From the human T2T-CHM13v2.0 reference genome, Homo sapiens, in assembly GCF_009914755.1 (NCBI RefSeq), contig NC_060940.1: DNA of 64,000 bases; one strand, 5' to 3'. Below the pieces are notes generated by a model. The model was not told the DNA's origin. It searched no databases and saw only the letters and a program-made list of their open reading frames with translations. Below, in pieces: positions 1-56,533 of this stretch (position 1 is its first letter; every line of letters begins with the position of its first letter). A program made the position numbers and the translations under genes.

Positions 1-425
1 CCCTCATTTTCACCTTCCTGTAATATTGAGTGGAAAAAGCCCGATCCCCCCTTAAACCACCTCCCTCCCTCTCTGCCCTGCCCCTGACCGTTGCTGCAGG
101 AGGAACACCCCACGGAGCTGACTGATCTTATTTTAAACTCATGGGAACAAATTTTGAGGGAGGTGCAGCTTCTCTGACTGTGCTGCTCTGTCTTGTGTGC
201 GATCCGCTTTGAGACAACCATTCACACCACCTCTCCTCTCAGCCTCCTACACCCCTGCCCACTTTCTCTCACCTCTTTGAGAAAATAGAAGCAAATTGGG
301 TAGGAAGGCCCTTCCCAGCAACAAACCTAACAAACTGCTGGCATCTAGACTCTGTCCTCCCTCCTCTTCCCACCCTGGGCTCCTCCCCTTGGGCTCTAGG
401 AGAGAGGGCTGCATTCCTTCACTGA

Positions 426-695
<270 letters not shown>

Positions 696-861
696 TGATC
701 TGCCTGCCTTGGCCCCCCAAAGGGCTGGGATAACAGGTGTGAGCCACTGTACCCAGCTGATATACCATCAATTTCTTCTCTCCTGCATCATCATCATCAG
801 GATATAGACATGTCTACTCTGTCCATATAAAACAACTCCCTTAACCCTATGAGCCCCTCTA

Positions 862-1284
<423 letters not shown>

Positions 1285-1609
1285 TTACTTTATGGAAACT
1301 GCTTTATTCGGCATCACCAGTAATGTCCCGTTGCTAAATCCAGTAGTTGATCGGTCACTTGGCACAGTTGGCCATTCCTCCCATGCTGGGCTTTCCTGAC
1401 ATCACCTGTTCTAGTTTTCTTTCTCGCTTCTCTCAGTAGGTTCCCTAAGGCCCACTTCTCATGCTGACATTCTTGTCCAATCGCATGACCTCAGATGGTC
1501 TCTATACCACTGACCTCAGAATCCATTACTCCAGCTCCGACCTCACCCAAGAGCTCTGGACTCATTTCCAATCCATGCCTTGATGTCTCCACGTGGACCT
1601 CAATTGGTG

Positions 1610-1875
1610 ATCAGGCTTTGGCTCTTGCCAATGAAATGCAAGGGGAAATGACATCACATGCCTGTTCTTCCCTTTTCCATATAAATGGGTGACCAGCAAT
1701 GTTCCAAGTGGAAGCTGCTCCAACCACCTGGGTCCCAGGGAGAAAATGGCATGAGGTGCAGCCACAGCTGACCTGCAACAGACATGTGGCAGGAGTGAGA
1801 AATGTTTGCTGTATTAAGCAACGGAGATTTGGGGGGTTTTGTTACCACAGTATAACCTAGCCTATCCTGACTACT
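1610..1875 (+). mobile_element. MaLR (MLT1-type) LTR fragment
   Basis: Typical MLT1 3' end: ...ttgctgtattaagcaacggagatttggggggtttttgttaccacagtataacctagcctatcctgact. Confidence 0.6.
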
Positions 1876-1912
1876 TTGTGTGCCTCACAGGATTGTAAGA
1901 TCTCATAGGTCA

Positions 1913-2098
<186 letters not shown>

Positions 2099-2137
2099 CT
2101 AGGCGTGGTGGCACACGTCTGTAATTCCAGCTACTCA

Positions 2138-2239
<102 letters not shown>

Positions 2240-2535
2240 TTAAAAAAAAAAAAAAAAAATTATATGCACGAAGAGGGGCCCAGCACAGGCCATAGAGTGG
2301 GGAAGACAGGACTTGCTGGAAATACAGTGAGCTTCTGTCTCCAAAAAAAAAAAAAAAAAAAAAAATTAGATTAATTTTTTTTTAACTTTACATTTTTAAA
2401 ATTTTAATTATTAGGTTTAACCTCAAATTTTTTTTTTTTTTTTTTTTGAGACAGGGTCTTGCTCTGGCTTGGTGGTTAAATATTTTGAATTTCATCCCTG
2501 GGGCTTAGGGTTGCCCCAAGCAACCTGTTTACTGA

Positions 2536-2679
<144 letters not shown>

Positions 2680-2722
2680 TGAGTAGCGAGAATTACAGGC
2701 GTGTGCCACCACGCCTGGCTAA

Positions 2723-3020
<298 letters not shown>

Positions 3021-3399
3021 TAGTTTTTTATATCTTAAAAATTAGGCCTATGTCTAATCCAAAAAAAGTGTTTTTAGATTAAATTAGCTAGGTGTGGTGG
3101 CATGTGCCTGTAGTCCCAGCTACTCAGGAGGCTGAAGTAGGAGGATCACTTGAGCTCAGGAATTTGAGGCTGCAGTGAGCTATGACGGCATCACTGTACT
3201 CCAGCCTGGGCAACAGAGTGAGACCCTGTCTCAAAAACATACATAGAGAACAGTGTGATCTCTGAAGAAGTTCAACACAGCCTGTTTTTCTCTAGCACTA
3301 GAACAAATGGCTTTTCTTTGGTTGAATACCAAAGTAATTGATGTGTTGAAGGACCCCCTTTATAAGAAAAATCTGTGTCTTTCAACAGCGAACACATTC

Positions 3400-4280
3400 A
3401 GCATGGTAAGATGCTGTTTACCGAATCAGTTTCCTCTTCCACTTACGCCCACAACTAATCTGTGTCCCAGCTTCCCTTGTCCTTAGACACTGCCGTGTGA
3501 CCGAGTTGTAGCCAATGGAATGGAAGTGGAAGTAATAAGTGCTAATTTCCTGTCTTTCCATAAAAACTTGGCTCCTGCAACCTCCATACACATCATCTGC
3601 CTACATGATGCAAACAAGCTGGGCAGTCCCAGGAGCCACGTGTTGAAAATGGCAGAATCACAGAACAGGAGATGCCCGAATTCCTGAATCGCCGCTTGCA
3701 GGAGAGCTGTCTCCCAGTCGGCAGCATCTGATTAAGATTTAATATGAGTTAGAAATAAAATAATGTTCTTTCTTTTTTTTTTTTTTTTTTGAGACAGAGT
3801 CTTGCTCTGCCTCCAGGCTGGAGTGCAGTGGCACGGTCTCGGCTCACTGCAACTTCCGCCTCCTGGTTCAAGTGATTCTCCTGCCTCAGCCTCCCGAGTA
3901 GCTGGGACTACAGGCGTGCACCACCACACCCAGTTAATTTTTGTATTTTTTGTAGAAATGAGGTTTCACCATGTTGGCCAGGCTGGTCTCGAACTCCTGA
4001 CCTCAGGTGATCCCCCACCTCGGCCTCCCAAAATGCTGGGATTATAGGTGTGAGCCACCACGCCTGGCCAACTCTTTAACTCTTTTGTAGCAATGGGGAC
4101 TTGCTATGTTACCCAGGCTAGTCTCAAGCTCCTGACCTCAAGTAATCCTCCTGTTTCAGCCTCCCAAAGTGCTGGGATTACAGGCATGTGCCACCACAAC
4201 CAGTCTAGAAATAAACTATCATGTTTGAGGCACTACACATCTTGAAGTTTGTTACAGTAGTTAGGGTTATTTTTAATCAC
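3400..4280 (+). mobile_element. MaLR (MLT1-type) LTR split by Alus
   Basis: tgtgaccgagttgtagccaatggaatggaagtggaagt ... gaaataaact...tttgttacagtagttag. Confidence 0.55.
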
Positions 4281-4819
4281 AGAAGGAGAGCCTTGAAGAC
4301 TGAGACTGCCTAGAGGAACAGCAAATGTACAGGTACTGATCTCCTGCCCTCCGAGGCGCAGTCATTGAGTGGAACAAACAAATGAAACTTCTTACACAGT
4401 GGCGTGGTGATCATTCATTTATTCTGAAGGCATATAGCTGATTCCAGAAGGCTATTACTGCACATATAACGTGACTCCACTATGTTCCCTAGATCAAATA
4501 TAGATACTCCAGGGCCCAGGTCAGCTCAGCCTTTCCCCACTCCCCACCTCCAGATCAAGGGCTCTGCAGGTTCTTCCTGAGCCCAGGCCAGCCACTGGAC
4601 ATGGAACGCCGGCACCAGTCTGACTGCGAGCCACGTCCCTGTAGGCCAAGGGGACTTAGAAGCCCTCCTGTGAGTCTTCAGTGCTACCCTACAAGCCTCA
4701 GGATGCTCGGGTGCAGATTCTTTTAGACTGCCCGTGCTCACACTCTCCTCCTCAACTCTCTTTTTTAAGATCACATATGGCCAGGTGCAATGGCTCACGC
4801 CTACAATCCCACCACTTTA

Positions 4820-5260
<441 letters not shown>

Positions 5261-5679
5261 TCAAGAGGCTGAGGCTGGAGGATCACTTGAGCCCAGGAGG
5301 CAGATGTTGTGATGAGTCGAGATGGAGCTACTGCACTGCAACCTGGGTGACAGAGTGAGACCTTGTCTCAAAACAAAACAACTCAATGTAGCTGGATTTA
5401 CACAGTCAGCCTTCTGATGTCACTGTAAATGGTTAGAGCCAAGGAGCCTAGGAGCCAGCCAGGGACATGGGAGTCAGGCAGGCCAAGGGCTCTGTCCTCT
5501 GGGGCTGGAGAGAGAGGACCCACCAGGCTGGAGGAAGAGCCAACAGGAAGGAGAAAGGGCTGCAGGGCAGGCACAGGGACAGCCCCTGACCCAGTCTCCT
5601 ACCTTGACTGCAGCAGGCCAGGTAGTGGGGTGCCCACAGCTGGAAACGCACCTCAGTTTTTTGTTTTTTGTTCTTTTGA

Positions 5680-5856
<177 letters not shown>

Positions 5857-6109
5857 TAGCCAGGGTGGTCTCTATCTCCTGACCTCGTGATCTGCCCACC
5901 TTGGCCTCCCAAAGTGCTGGGATTACAGGCGTGAGCCACCACACCCACCGCACCTCAGTTTTGTGCACCAATAGCTTCTTCAAGCACAGGTCTGTCCCTG
6001 CCACTGTCCTGCTTTAAGCCCCTCAACGTTCATCCTATACGTGTCCCCCAAAAAGCGCGAGATGATTTACCGCAGCACCATTCACAGTGGTAGGACCAGG
6101 TTAAACTGA

Positions 6110-6393
<284 letters not shown>

Positions 6394-6654
6394 TGAGAAC
6401 AGTAACAGGGCTGTCGTATTGTGTGCAACTGTACAATTGTGAGATAAGATAATGCACGCAAATAGCACTTAGAGCAGGGTAGCTTGTGTTAGCAGAACAG
6501 CACATACATAAAATGAATGTTAAGATATGGAAATGGGCTAGACACAGTGGCTCACACCTGTAATTCTAGCGCTTTGAGAAGCCAAAGCAGGAGGATCACT
6601 TGAGGCCAGGAGTTTGAGACCAACCTGTGCAACACAGTGATACCCCCATCTCTA

Positions 6655-6831
<177 letters not shown>

Positions 6832-7023
6832 TTAAAAAGTCCTCTGGGCTCCTAGGCCGCCCCAGCTGGCTTCTGCGTCGCCTCTCACCAGCTCTCCCAG
6901 CCCCCAACCCCCACTCCCCCAACCTCCCTGGAGCACTTGGTGCTCCAGGCCCTGTGACCTAGATCTGTTTCTTTTTTTTTTCCCCACCTTGACTGGAGCA
7001 GGCCAGGTTGGCAGGGATGGTAG

Positions 7024-7282
<259 letters not shown>

Positions 7283-8009
7283 TAACTCCTGACCTCAAAT
7301 GATCCACCCCCTTGGGTGGATCCCAGAGTTCTGGGATTACAGGTGTGAGCCACTGTGCCCGGCCTAGATCTGTTCCAATTTCTGTTGTCACTGTAAATGG
7401 TTAGAACCAAGGAGCCCAGGAGCCAGTCAGGGATGTGGGACCCAGGCCGACCAAGGGCTCCGTGCTCTGGGGCTGGAGAGTGCTCAGAGGACCCACCATG
7501 CCGGAAGAAGAGCTGACAGGAAGGAGAAAGAGGTGCAGAGCCCAGGGGCCTCTCTGGCCTCCCTGCCTTCCCATGCCATTCCCTCAGCTAAGAACCAATC
7601 TCCTCTGCACTAACCCTTTCCTCTCCAATCCCTACCAGCCTTCTACATGGGATACCCAGCCCCTTCACCAAACCCTAAATCAGGTCCTAGGTGTCTTCTA
7701 CTCCCACCCCCAACGAGCACTTTCCTATGTTATTGTAGAGGAAGCCAGCTGCCCAGTACCCAGTGAATCCCCTGGGCCTAGCACAGGAGTTGAGGCTCAG
7801 TACATGTCTGGTAAATTTCTGCTCTCCTGGACACGGGGGCCTCTTGGGCCACTTGGCTAAGCTATCATGCAGATAGAATGAGTAACATCTGCAAAGAACC
7901 CGCAGCACAGAGTCTGGCATGCGGTACAGTAGTTTAAAAACCACAGATGGCAGGGGATAGATGCCCAGAACAGTGCCTAGTATATGATAGGAGCCCATAA
8001 AAAGAGGGA

Positions 8010-8990
8010 ACAGTGTTTCTCAACATTACTGGAAGAATTCCCCGGCATTCAAGTTGCAGGTTTCTGAGCCCATCCCTAGAGCTTCTAACTCTGAAGGTTG
8101 GCTGCAGGGTCCAAGAAGTTGCATTTATTTTATTTTTTGAGACATCTTGTTTTGTCGTCCAGGCCGGAGTACAGTAGCATGATCATGACTCACTGCAGCC
8201 TTGACTTCCCAGGCTCATTCAATCCTTTCACTGCAGCCTCCCCAGTAGCTGGGACTAAGGCACACACCACCACACTTGGCTAATTTTTGTATTTTTTTTT
8301 TGTAGAGACGGGGTCCTGCCATGTGACCCAGGCTGGTCTTGAACTCCTGGACTCAAGTGATCTTCCCACCTCAGCCTCCCAAAGTGCTGGGATTACAGGC
8401 CAGGCGTGAGCCTCCAAGACGGGCCAAAGTTGCTTTTTTTTTTTTTTGAGACTGCCTGGCTCTGCCTCCCAGGCTGGAGTGGCACCATTATGGATCACTG
8501 CAACCTCTCCCTCCTGCCTCCCAGGCTCAAGCCATCCTCCCACCTCAGCCTCCTGAGTAGCTGGGACCACAGGCATGTGCCACCACATTTGGCTATTTTT
8601 GTTATTTTTTGTAGAGATGGGGTTTCACCATGTTGGTCAGGCTGGCCTCGAACTCCTGTACTAAATCCACCCAACCTTGGCCTTCCAAAATGCTGGGATT
8701 ACAGGCATGAGCCACCACACCTGGCTTGAATTTGCATTTTAAAGAAATATCCAGCCAGGCTTTGTGGCTCATGCCTGTAATCCCAGCACTTTGAGAGGCT
8801 AAGGTGGGAGGATCACTTGAGGTCAGGAGTTTGGGGCTGCAGTGAGCTATGATTGCACCACTGCACTCCAGCTTGGACGACAGAGTAGGACTCTGTCTCT
8901 AAAAAAAAAAAAAAAAAAAAGAAAGAAAAGCAAAAAAGAGAAATAGAAATATACCACAGGTGGTCTAAGGACCACACTCTGAGAAACCAA
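8010..8990. mobile_element. MER5-like hAT DNA transposon remnant split by Alus
   Basis: Terminal cagtgttttctcaa ... gaccacactctgagaaacca and internal gcatttt motif. Confidence 0.5.
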
Positions 8991-9125
8991 CTCATTGACA
9001 GACGAGTATTTATTAAGCAGCTACTATATGCCAGGTTCAAGTTGGTCTTACTCTAGGGATAGAGAAGAGAACAAGAAAAGTCTGTGCCTTCATGGAGTTT
9101 ACATTCTAGTGAGGGTAGAAAATAT
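8985..9125 (-). mobile_element. L2 LINE 3' end remnant
   Basis: tatttattaagcagctactatatgccagg ... ccttcatggagtttacattctagtg resembles the L2 3' terminus consensus. Confidence 0.65.
9009..9014 (-). terminator. Probable CDIPT polyadenylation signal AATAAA
   Basis: tttatt on + strand, the first AATAAA I found downstream of the CDIPT stop (~810 nt). Confidence 0.75.
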
Positions 9126-9823
9126 CAAGAATATAAATACATGTAGACAGTCAGTGACATCAAACAAGTGGGCGGTGGGGACACCACATGAGCATGGGTG
9201 GCAGGAGGGCCTCTCTGTGAGGTCACTGTGGGTAGACGGAGAAGCCAGCCAGCAAACTGGAGGAAAAGCACCCAGACGGACGTCCTTCCCTAAGCTCCCT
9301 CAACCCAGGCCCTGAGCCAAGAATATCTGAAAGGAAACCAAGTCAAATAGTGAAGTCCCGCCAGGACCAGGGTAGGCAGGACAGAGGAGCCGGTGACAGG
9401 GAAGGCTGTGGATGGCTTCTTCCCTCCTGGGCATGGTGCCCCAAGCTTGCTCTGGCTGGGGGCGGAGGTCTGACTCCCGCCTTTCAGGAAACCTGGCCCT
9501 CACACCACCTCCCTCACTCAAGCGTCCCTAGCATCTCGGACCCCAGGACTGAGCAGGCAGGGTGTGACACTGCCCGGTCCCGGCACCCCAGGAGCACCGC
9601 CTGGATGGAGGGGGCCTCCCGCGTATCCTCCCTGATTTGAGGCCCGGGTCCTCAGGATCCCAGAGAACGTGACGTCACCAAAGAGAGGCTGACCCCCATC
9701 CCAGCAGGTAGAACAACACATGAGGAAGGCGTGAGACTGGGACCTCCTAGCAGGGGGTGGGGAGCTGTGTGGCACAGCAAGACTCCCAGGGCAGGTGGGC
9801 AGCCAGGACCCGGGGCTCCAGCG

Positions 9824-13492
<3,669 letters not shown>

Positions 13493-14938
13493 CGCGGCGC
13501 CTCCCTTGCTGCCCCGGGCCTGCTCTGGAGATGCCAGTGCTGTCCCAGCCCCGCAGCGCGGCCTCAGCCTCCGGCCCAGCGCATCGGCCGCACCACCTGC
13601 GCCCTGGACCCCGCCGCCCCAACCTGGCCCCAGATGCTGAAGCCCGCAGCCGTCGGGAGCATGGACCGGCCCCGAGGTGCGCGGGACGCAGGGGGCGCGC
13701 GCAGTCCGCCCTTCCTACCCGCAACCTCCCTCGCCTCTGCCAGCCCCGCAGGCGCTCCGGGCCTCCAGCTGCGGTCGCCGCTGCTCCAGCTGCGCGTGGC
13801 TTCCGGGAACCTCCTCCTCCGCGCCCGTCGTTGCAAAATTGGAGAGAGGAAAAAGTGGCTTAAAAAAATAGTTGCGGCCCCTTTAAGGCCTGTCGGCTTC
13901 CTTTCCCTTTTCCTCCCTCCGCCCCTCTCCCTTGGCTCGTACCAAAGCGCAGAGGAGGAGAGGGAGGAAGGAACCATTAACGTCAAGCAAAGTTAGAAAC
14001 GGAAAAGGAAAGGGTAAAAGAGAAGACCGAATAAAAATCTCTGCTTTCCTTTTGTGGAGGGTATGACTTCCTGGAGGCAAAGATAAGGCGATAAAATTCC
14101 TCCTCCTGAGTCTTTGCGTCCCCAAGAGGCCAGGAGATTTGGTGCAGTCCTCACTTTACTCCCCGCCCCCTAAGTCTCCAGCCGCCTTTGCTCTCGCAGG
14201 CTCTAGGCGGCTAGAGAGGCTCCAGAGCGCCCTGCAGATGGGTTGCTTCTCGCGTGCCCCTTGTGATGGGAGGATTAGGTCGCAGGCTCCACCCTACGTC
14301 ATCCTCCCAAGCTTCTCAAGCGTCTGGCGCTTGGGGTCACTGCCCTCAAGGAGGCACCTGGAGGGGTACGGAGGGGAGGCTGGAGGAGCAAACGGGGCGC
14401 GCTAGGAAATTCCTCTGTCTTTAGTTCTAGAACCCCTGATCTCCTAGCAACGAGGCTGCGGAACCTCTGCAGACTCCAAGGGTTTTATAGCGTCCGGTAG
14501 CGACACGGAGCCGGCTCCCCCTTTTCCAGCCTTCCTCCCCATCTCCCATTCTCCGTCCCCCACGACCTATACCAGAGGTCCTTAGGCCTCCACGTCTCTC
14601 CTTTTGCCGAGTAGCCCAAGGTTTCCACCCATCTGCCAGGTCTGGGGCGTCAAGTCGGCTGCCTCGGCTTGGGAAGGTGCTTGGGAGGGAAGAAGGAAGG
14701 AGAGGCCCACCAGGCGAAGGGGTGAGGGGTAGGGGGTTGCGGGAGTTCCCTCTCACTCCCGAAGATATAAAGCAACCTTTATTATTATTATTATTTTTTC
14801 TTGTGAGAGGGAATGAGGCAGCGGGATGTTTCCTCTAAAGGCCTTGTTTAAACCTGGGCCCGGGGAATGGTGGTGGACTGGGTTCTGGGGGAAAGCGGGC
14901 TGGTTTCTCAGGTCAACTCAGGCTTCGACTGTTCCCAG

Positions 14939-21460
<6,522 letters not shown>

Positions 21461-21822
21461 AAGAAAGAAATTGAAAGCTGTTTGCCTCCTGCCCAGCAGC
21501 GAGAGAAGACGGGTGGCTCCTGTCAGTTCTCTCCCATCTGGAAGAGGCCCACAATGTCAAGGAAGGCCTGGTGGAGAGGTCACTGCGTCCTGGAGTGAGG
21601 CTGGTCGCAGGGAGGCCTTCACAGAGGCTGAGCCTAAAGCCAGGCTTTTTTACCTCAGGCCAGGCCCCCGGACACTGCCCTCTGCCCACTTTCGCATTTC
21701 CTTTTTTTTTTTTTTTTTCAAATTGTTCCCCTTTCCCCAGCCCTCTCTCCAGAGAAGTGGTCCAGTGCTCGGTGACCACCTCCCCACACTCCACCGGCCC
21801 AATTACAAGTGGTGATTTTCTG

Positions 21823-21828
21823 TTTATT
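21823..21828 (-). terminator. SEZ6L2 distal polyadenylation signal AATAAA
   Basis: tttatt on + strand ~515 nt past the stop; a second copy lies at 22171-22176. Confidence 0.7.
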
Positions 21829-22342
21829 GCTCAAAAACAAGAATTCAGAAGCAAAGGTGGAGAGACTGTGGGTTGGGGAGATGGCAGGAAGGGGGCAAGG
21901 CCTTGTCCCAGCTCTCCCCTTTGTCCTTCTTCTGACCCTCCTGGCCGGAGTCAGGCCTAGGGCCAGGGCATCTGGGAGGGGGGCACCTTCGTGGCCAAGG
22001 GAACAGTAGAGCTATCGGGGGCAGTCCTTGAGGGGTGCCCTGGGCAGGAGGGGCTGCAAGATTTGCAGGGAGGCAGAGTTCCCCTCCCAGAATCCAAAAG
22101 CCGGTAGGGCGGGGGGCAGGCCCCTCGTTTGGCAACTGAGAAGAGGCGGCTTTGGGCGGCAGGATGCTGGTTTATTTACTGTAGGATCTCCAGGGCCATC
22201 AAAGCCCCCTCGTGGGATAGGGAGACTATTTACACAGCCAGGGAGGAGGGCAGCCAGGAGGCAGAGACCGGGTCCCGTATTTCCCTCTGCCCGAATGAGG
22301 AGGGGAGGGGCGTCCTGGGTCCTGCAGCTGTAGTCTTGGGGT

Positions 22343-49664
<27,322 letters not shown>

Positions 49665-49849
49665 TCACCCCGATCTCTCTCCTCTGTGCCTCTCTAAGTA
49701 ATCTGGCTGCCACCTTTCCTCCGTCTCCGTTTATCTTTCCCTTTAATTGTTTTTTTTTTTTTTTTTTTCCTCGTAGGAGTCAGCAAAGAAAGACAATTTC
49801 TCTGCCCCTTGGGATGGAGGGGCAGAATTGGGGTAGGGGTCGCCTGGAG

Positions 49850-51400
49850 CCCACCCCCCTTTGCTCAGTCTCCTCTGTCCTCTTCTCGCGGCTCTGTGGT
49901 GGAGGGGGCGCGGCTCCGGCTGCAGGGGGTGGGGCCGAGAGGGCCGAAGGGGCCGGGTGGCCTGGGTTACCCTCCTGCTCAGGCGCCTGGGTCCACTGGG
50001 CTGTCTGGACCCCAAGCTAGGGGACTGGGGAGGAGAAAGGCAGCTTCTGGGGGTTTAGGGTGGGGTCGAGGATCGAGGGGGTCTCCACTGGGCTCTAGCG
50101 GGGCTTGTCGGGGAGGGGAAGGGGTGGGTTGGGGAACTGGGAGAGCCGAAGCTCGGGCACTGGAGCTGCGGGAGGGAGAAGCTGAGAAAGGTATCGAGCC
50201 CACGTCAGATCCTGGGGACGGGCGGAGGGAGGGGCCTGGGATTTATTTGACGGGGAGGGAGGAGGAGGAAGTGCAGATGGAGGAGGGAGGGATCATACGA
50301 GCCAGGGCCGTAATCCTCACTCCCGCGGCCCCTAGGGGAGGCAAAGGAAACTCTCTGGTCCCAGCAGTAATTAGCCCCCTCCGCCTGCCATTCCAGCACA
50401 TCTGGAATCTGAATCTCCTCTTCCCAGGGTGCCGAGGGGCTGCATAGCTTGGTTCGCGCCTGCTAGGCCCCCAATTATGCCCCCTGTTCACATTCAGACC
50501 TCCCAAGGGGCTTCCCTTCCCCTTTTACAGTAGCTCGGGTGGAATGGGCTCTCCCTCCTCCAGGGGAATAGAGAACTTCCACGATTGTGACAAGTCTCGT
50601 GGGTGACGGGCCGGGGTTTGGGGAGGAGAGACAGACCCCTCCTCTTCCATAAACCCTGACCCCGGCCAGCTAACAGGCGGCCTCGGCTCTGATTTTCCCT
50701 CCGGAGCGCCCTTTTCAGCACCAGCGGCGCACGGACAGCTCCCCTCGCCCCGCCGGGGCGGGCCCGGCCCGACGCCGCCCGCGATTGGCTGAGGCCGCTT
50801 TCGGTGTTTGCCAGGCTCGCGGGCTCCCGGGCTGCCTAGGGCCAGCGGGAGTCACAGGCCGACCGACCGACGGACCAGCCGCCCGACGGACTGGCCTCAG
50901 CATCCTTGCCCGCAGTCCCGGGCGCCTGCCCAGCCGTCAGTCCGCGCTCGCCCCGCCCCTCAGGCCCCGCCCCTCAGGCCCCGCCCGATACGACCCGCCC
51001 CTTCTTTCGCATTGCGGGACGGCTGGAGGCTGGCACCGTGGCCCCTGCGCCCCACGTGGCGCCCTTTCCGGGCGGGGGGGGTGGGGAGGCACCTCCAGCG
51101 ACAACTCTCCCCCCTCCCCCGGCACCCGGCTGATTTGCTGTGCCACTGGGAGGGTTCGGGGGTGGCTGAGCTGAGAGGGCTCCGGGAAGGAGTGACGTCA
51201 GGGTGAGTGGGAGCCCAGGAAGGAGCGAGTAGGAGAGAGGGAGCGAGAGCCAGGCAGGACCGCAGGGTCGGGGCTAGTGAGGAGCGAGGGCAAGGAGAGA
51301 GCAGTGAGGCCGGAGAGAAAGAAGCTGCCGCGGAGGAAGACAGGCTGCGGGTTCCCGGGACTGCAGGTCCAGGCAGGGTAGGAACCGCTGCCCAGGGGAG
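49850..51400. promoter_or_regulatory. CpG island / divergent promoter region shared by SEZ6L2 and ASPHD1
   Basis: CpG-rich core ~50600-51150, tandem GC boxes (gccccgccc at ~50950-50990), CCAAT box (gattgg 50783-50788), E-box cacgtg, CRE TGACGTCA 51193-51200. Confidence 0.8.
50714..50742 (+). promoter_or_regulatory. Candidate non-canonical (10-nt spacer) RE1/NRSE REST site
   Basis: TTCAGCACC-agcggcgcac-GGACAGCTCC: exact left half-site and near-exact right half-site. Confidence 0.6.
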
Positions 51401-51607
51401 CTAGGAGGAAGCGGGGAGAGAGAGCGAGCGAAAAGCGGGGGTGGGGAGGAAAGGGGGAGATTGAGGTGGGAGAGAGAAGCAGAGCGAGAGAGAGGAGGCT
51501 GCTGGAAGGAGAAAGAAGAGGGTGAGGAGGCGACAGAGGGAGAGGAGGAAGAAGAGGTAGAAGGAGAGAGAAAGGGGAGAGAAAGGAGAGAGGAGGGTTG
51601 GAGGTGC

Positions 51608-56533
<4,926 letters not shown>

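Noticed and set aside
9669-9678. GTGACGTCAC palindrome (CRE) in the CDIPT 3' UTR
   Set aside because: Isolated, about 4 kb from the promoter; could be chance
51308-51607. 100 open codons in frame upstream of the ASPHD1 ATG (possible non-AUG N-terminal extension from TTG 51461)
   Set aside because: The region has few T residues, so an absence of stops is expected by composition; Ribo-seq initiation evidence would be needed
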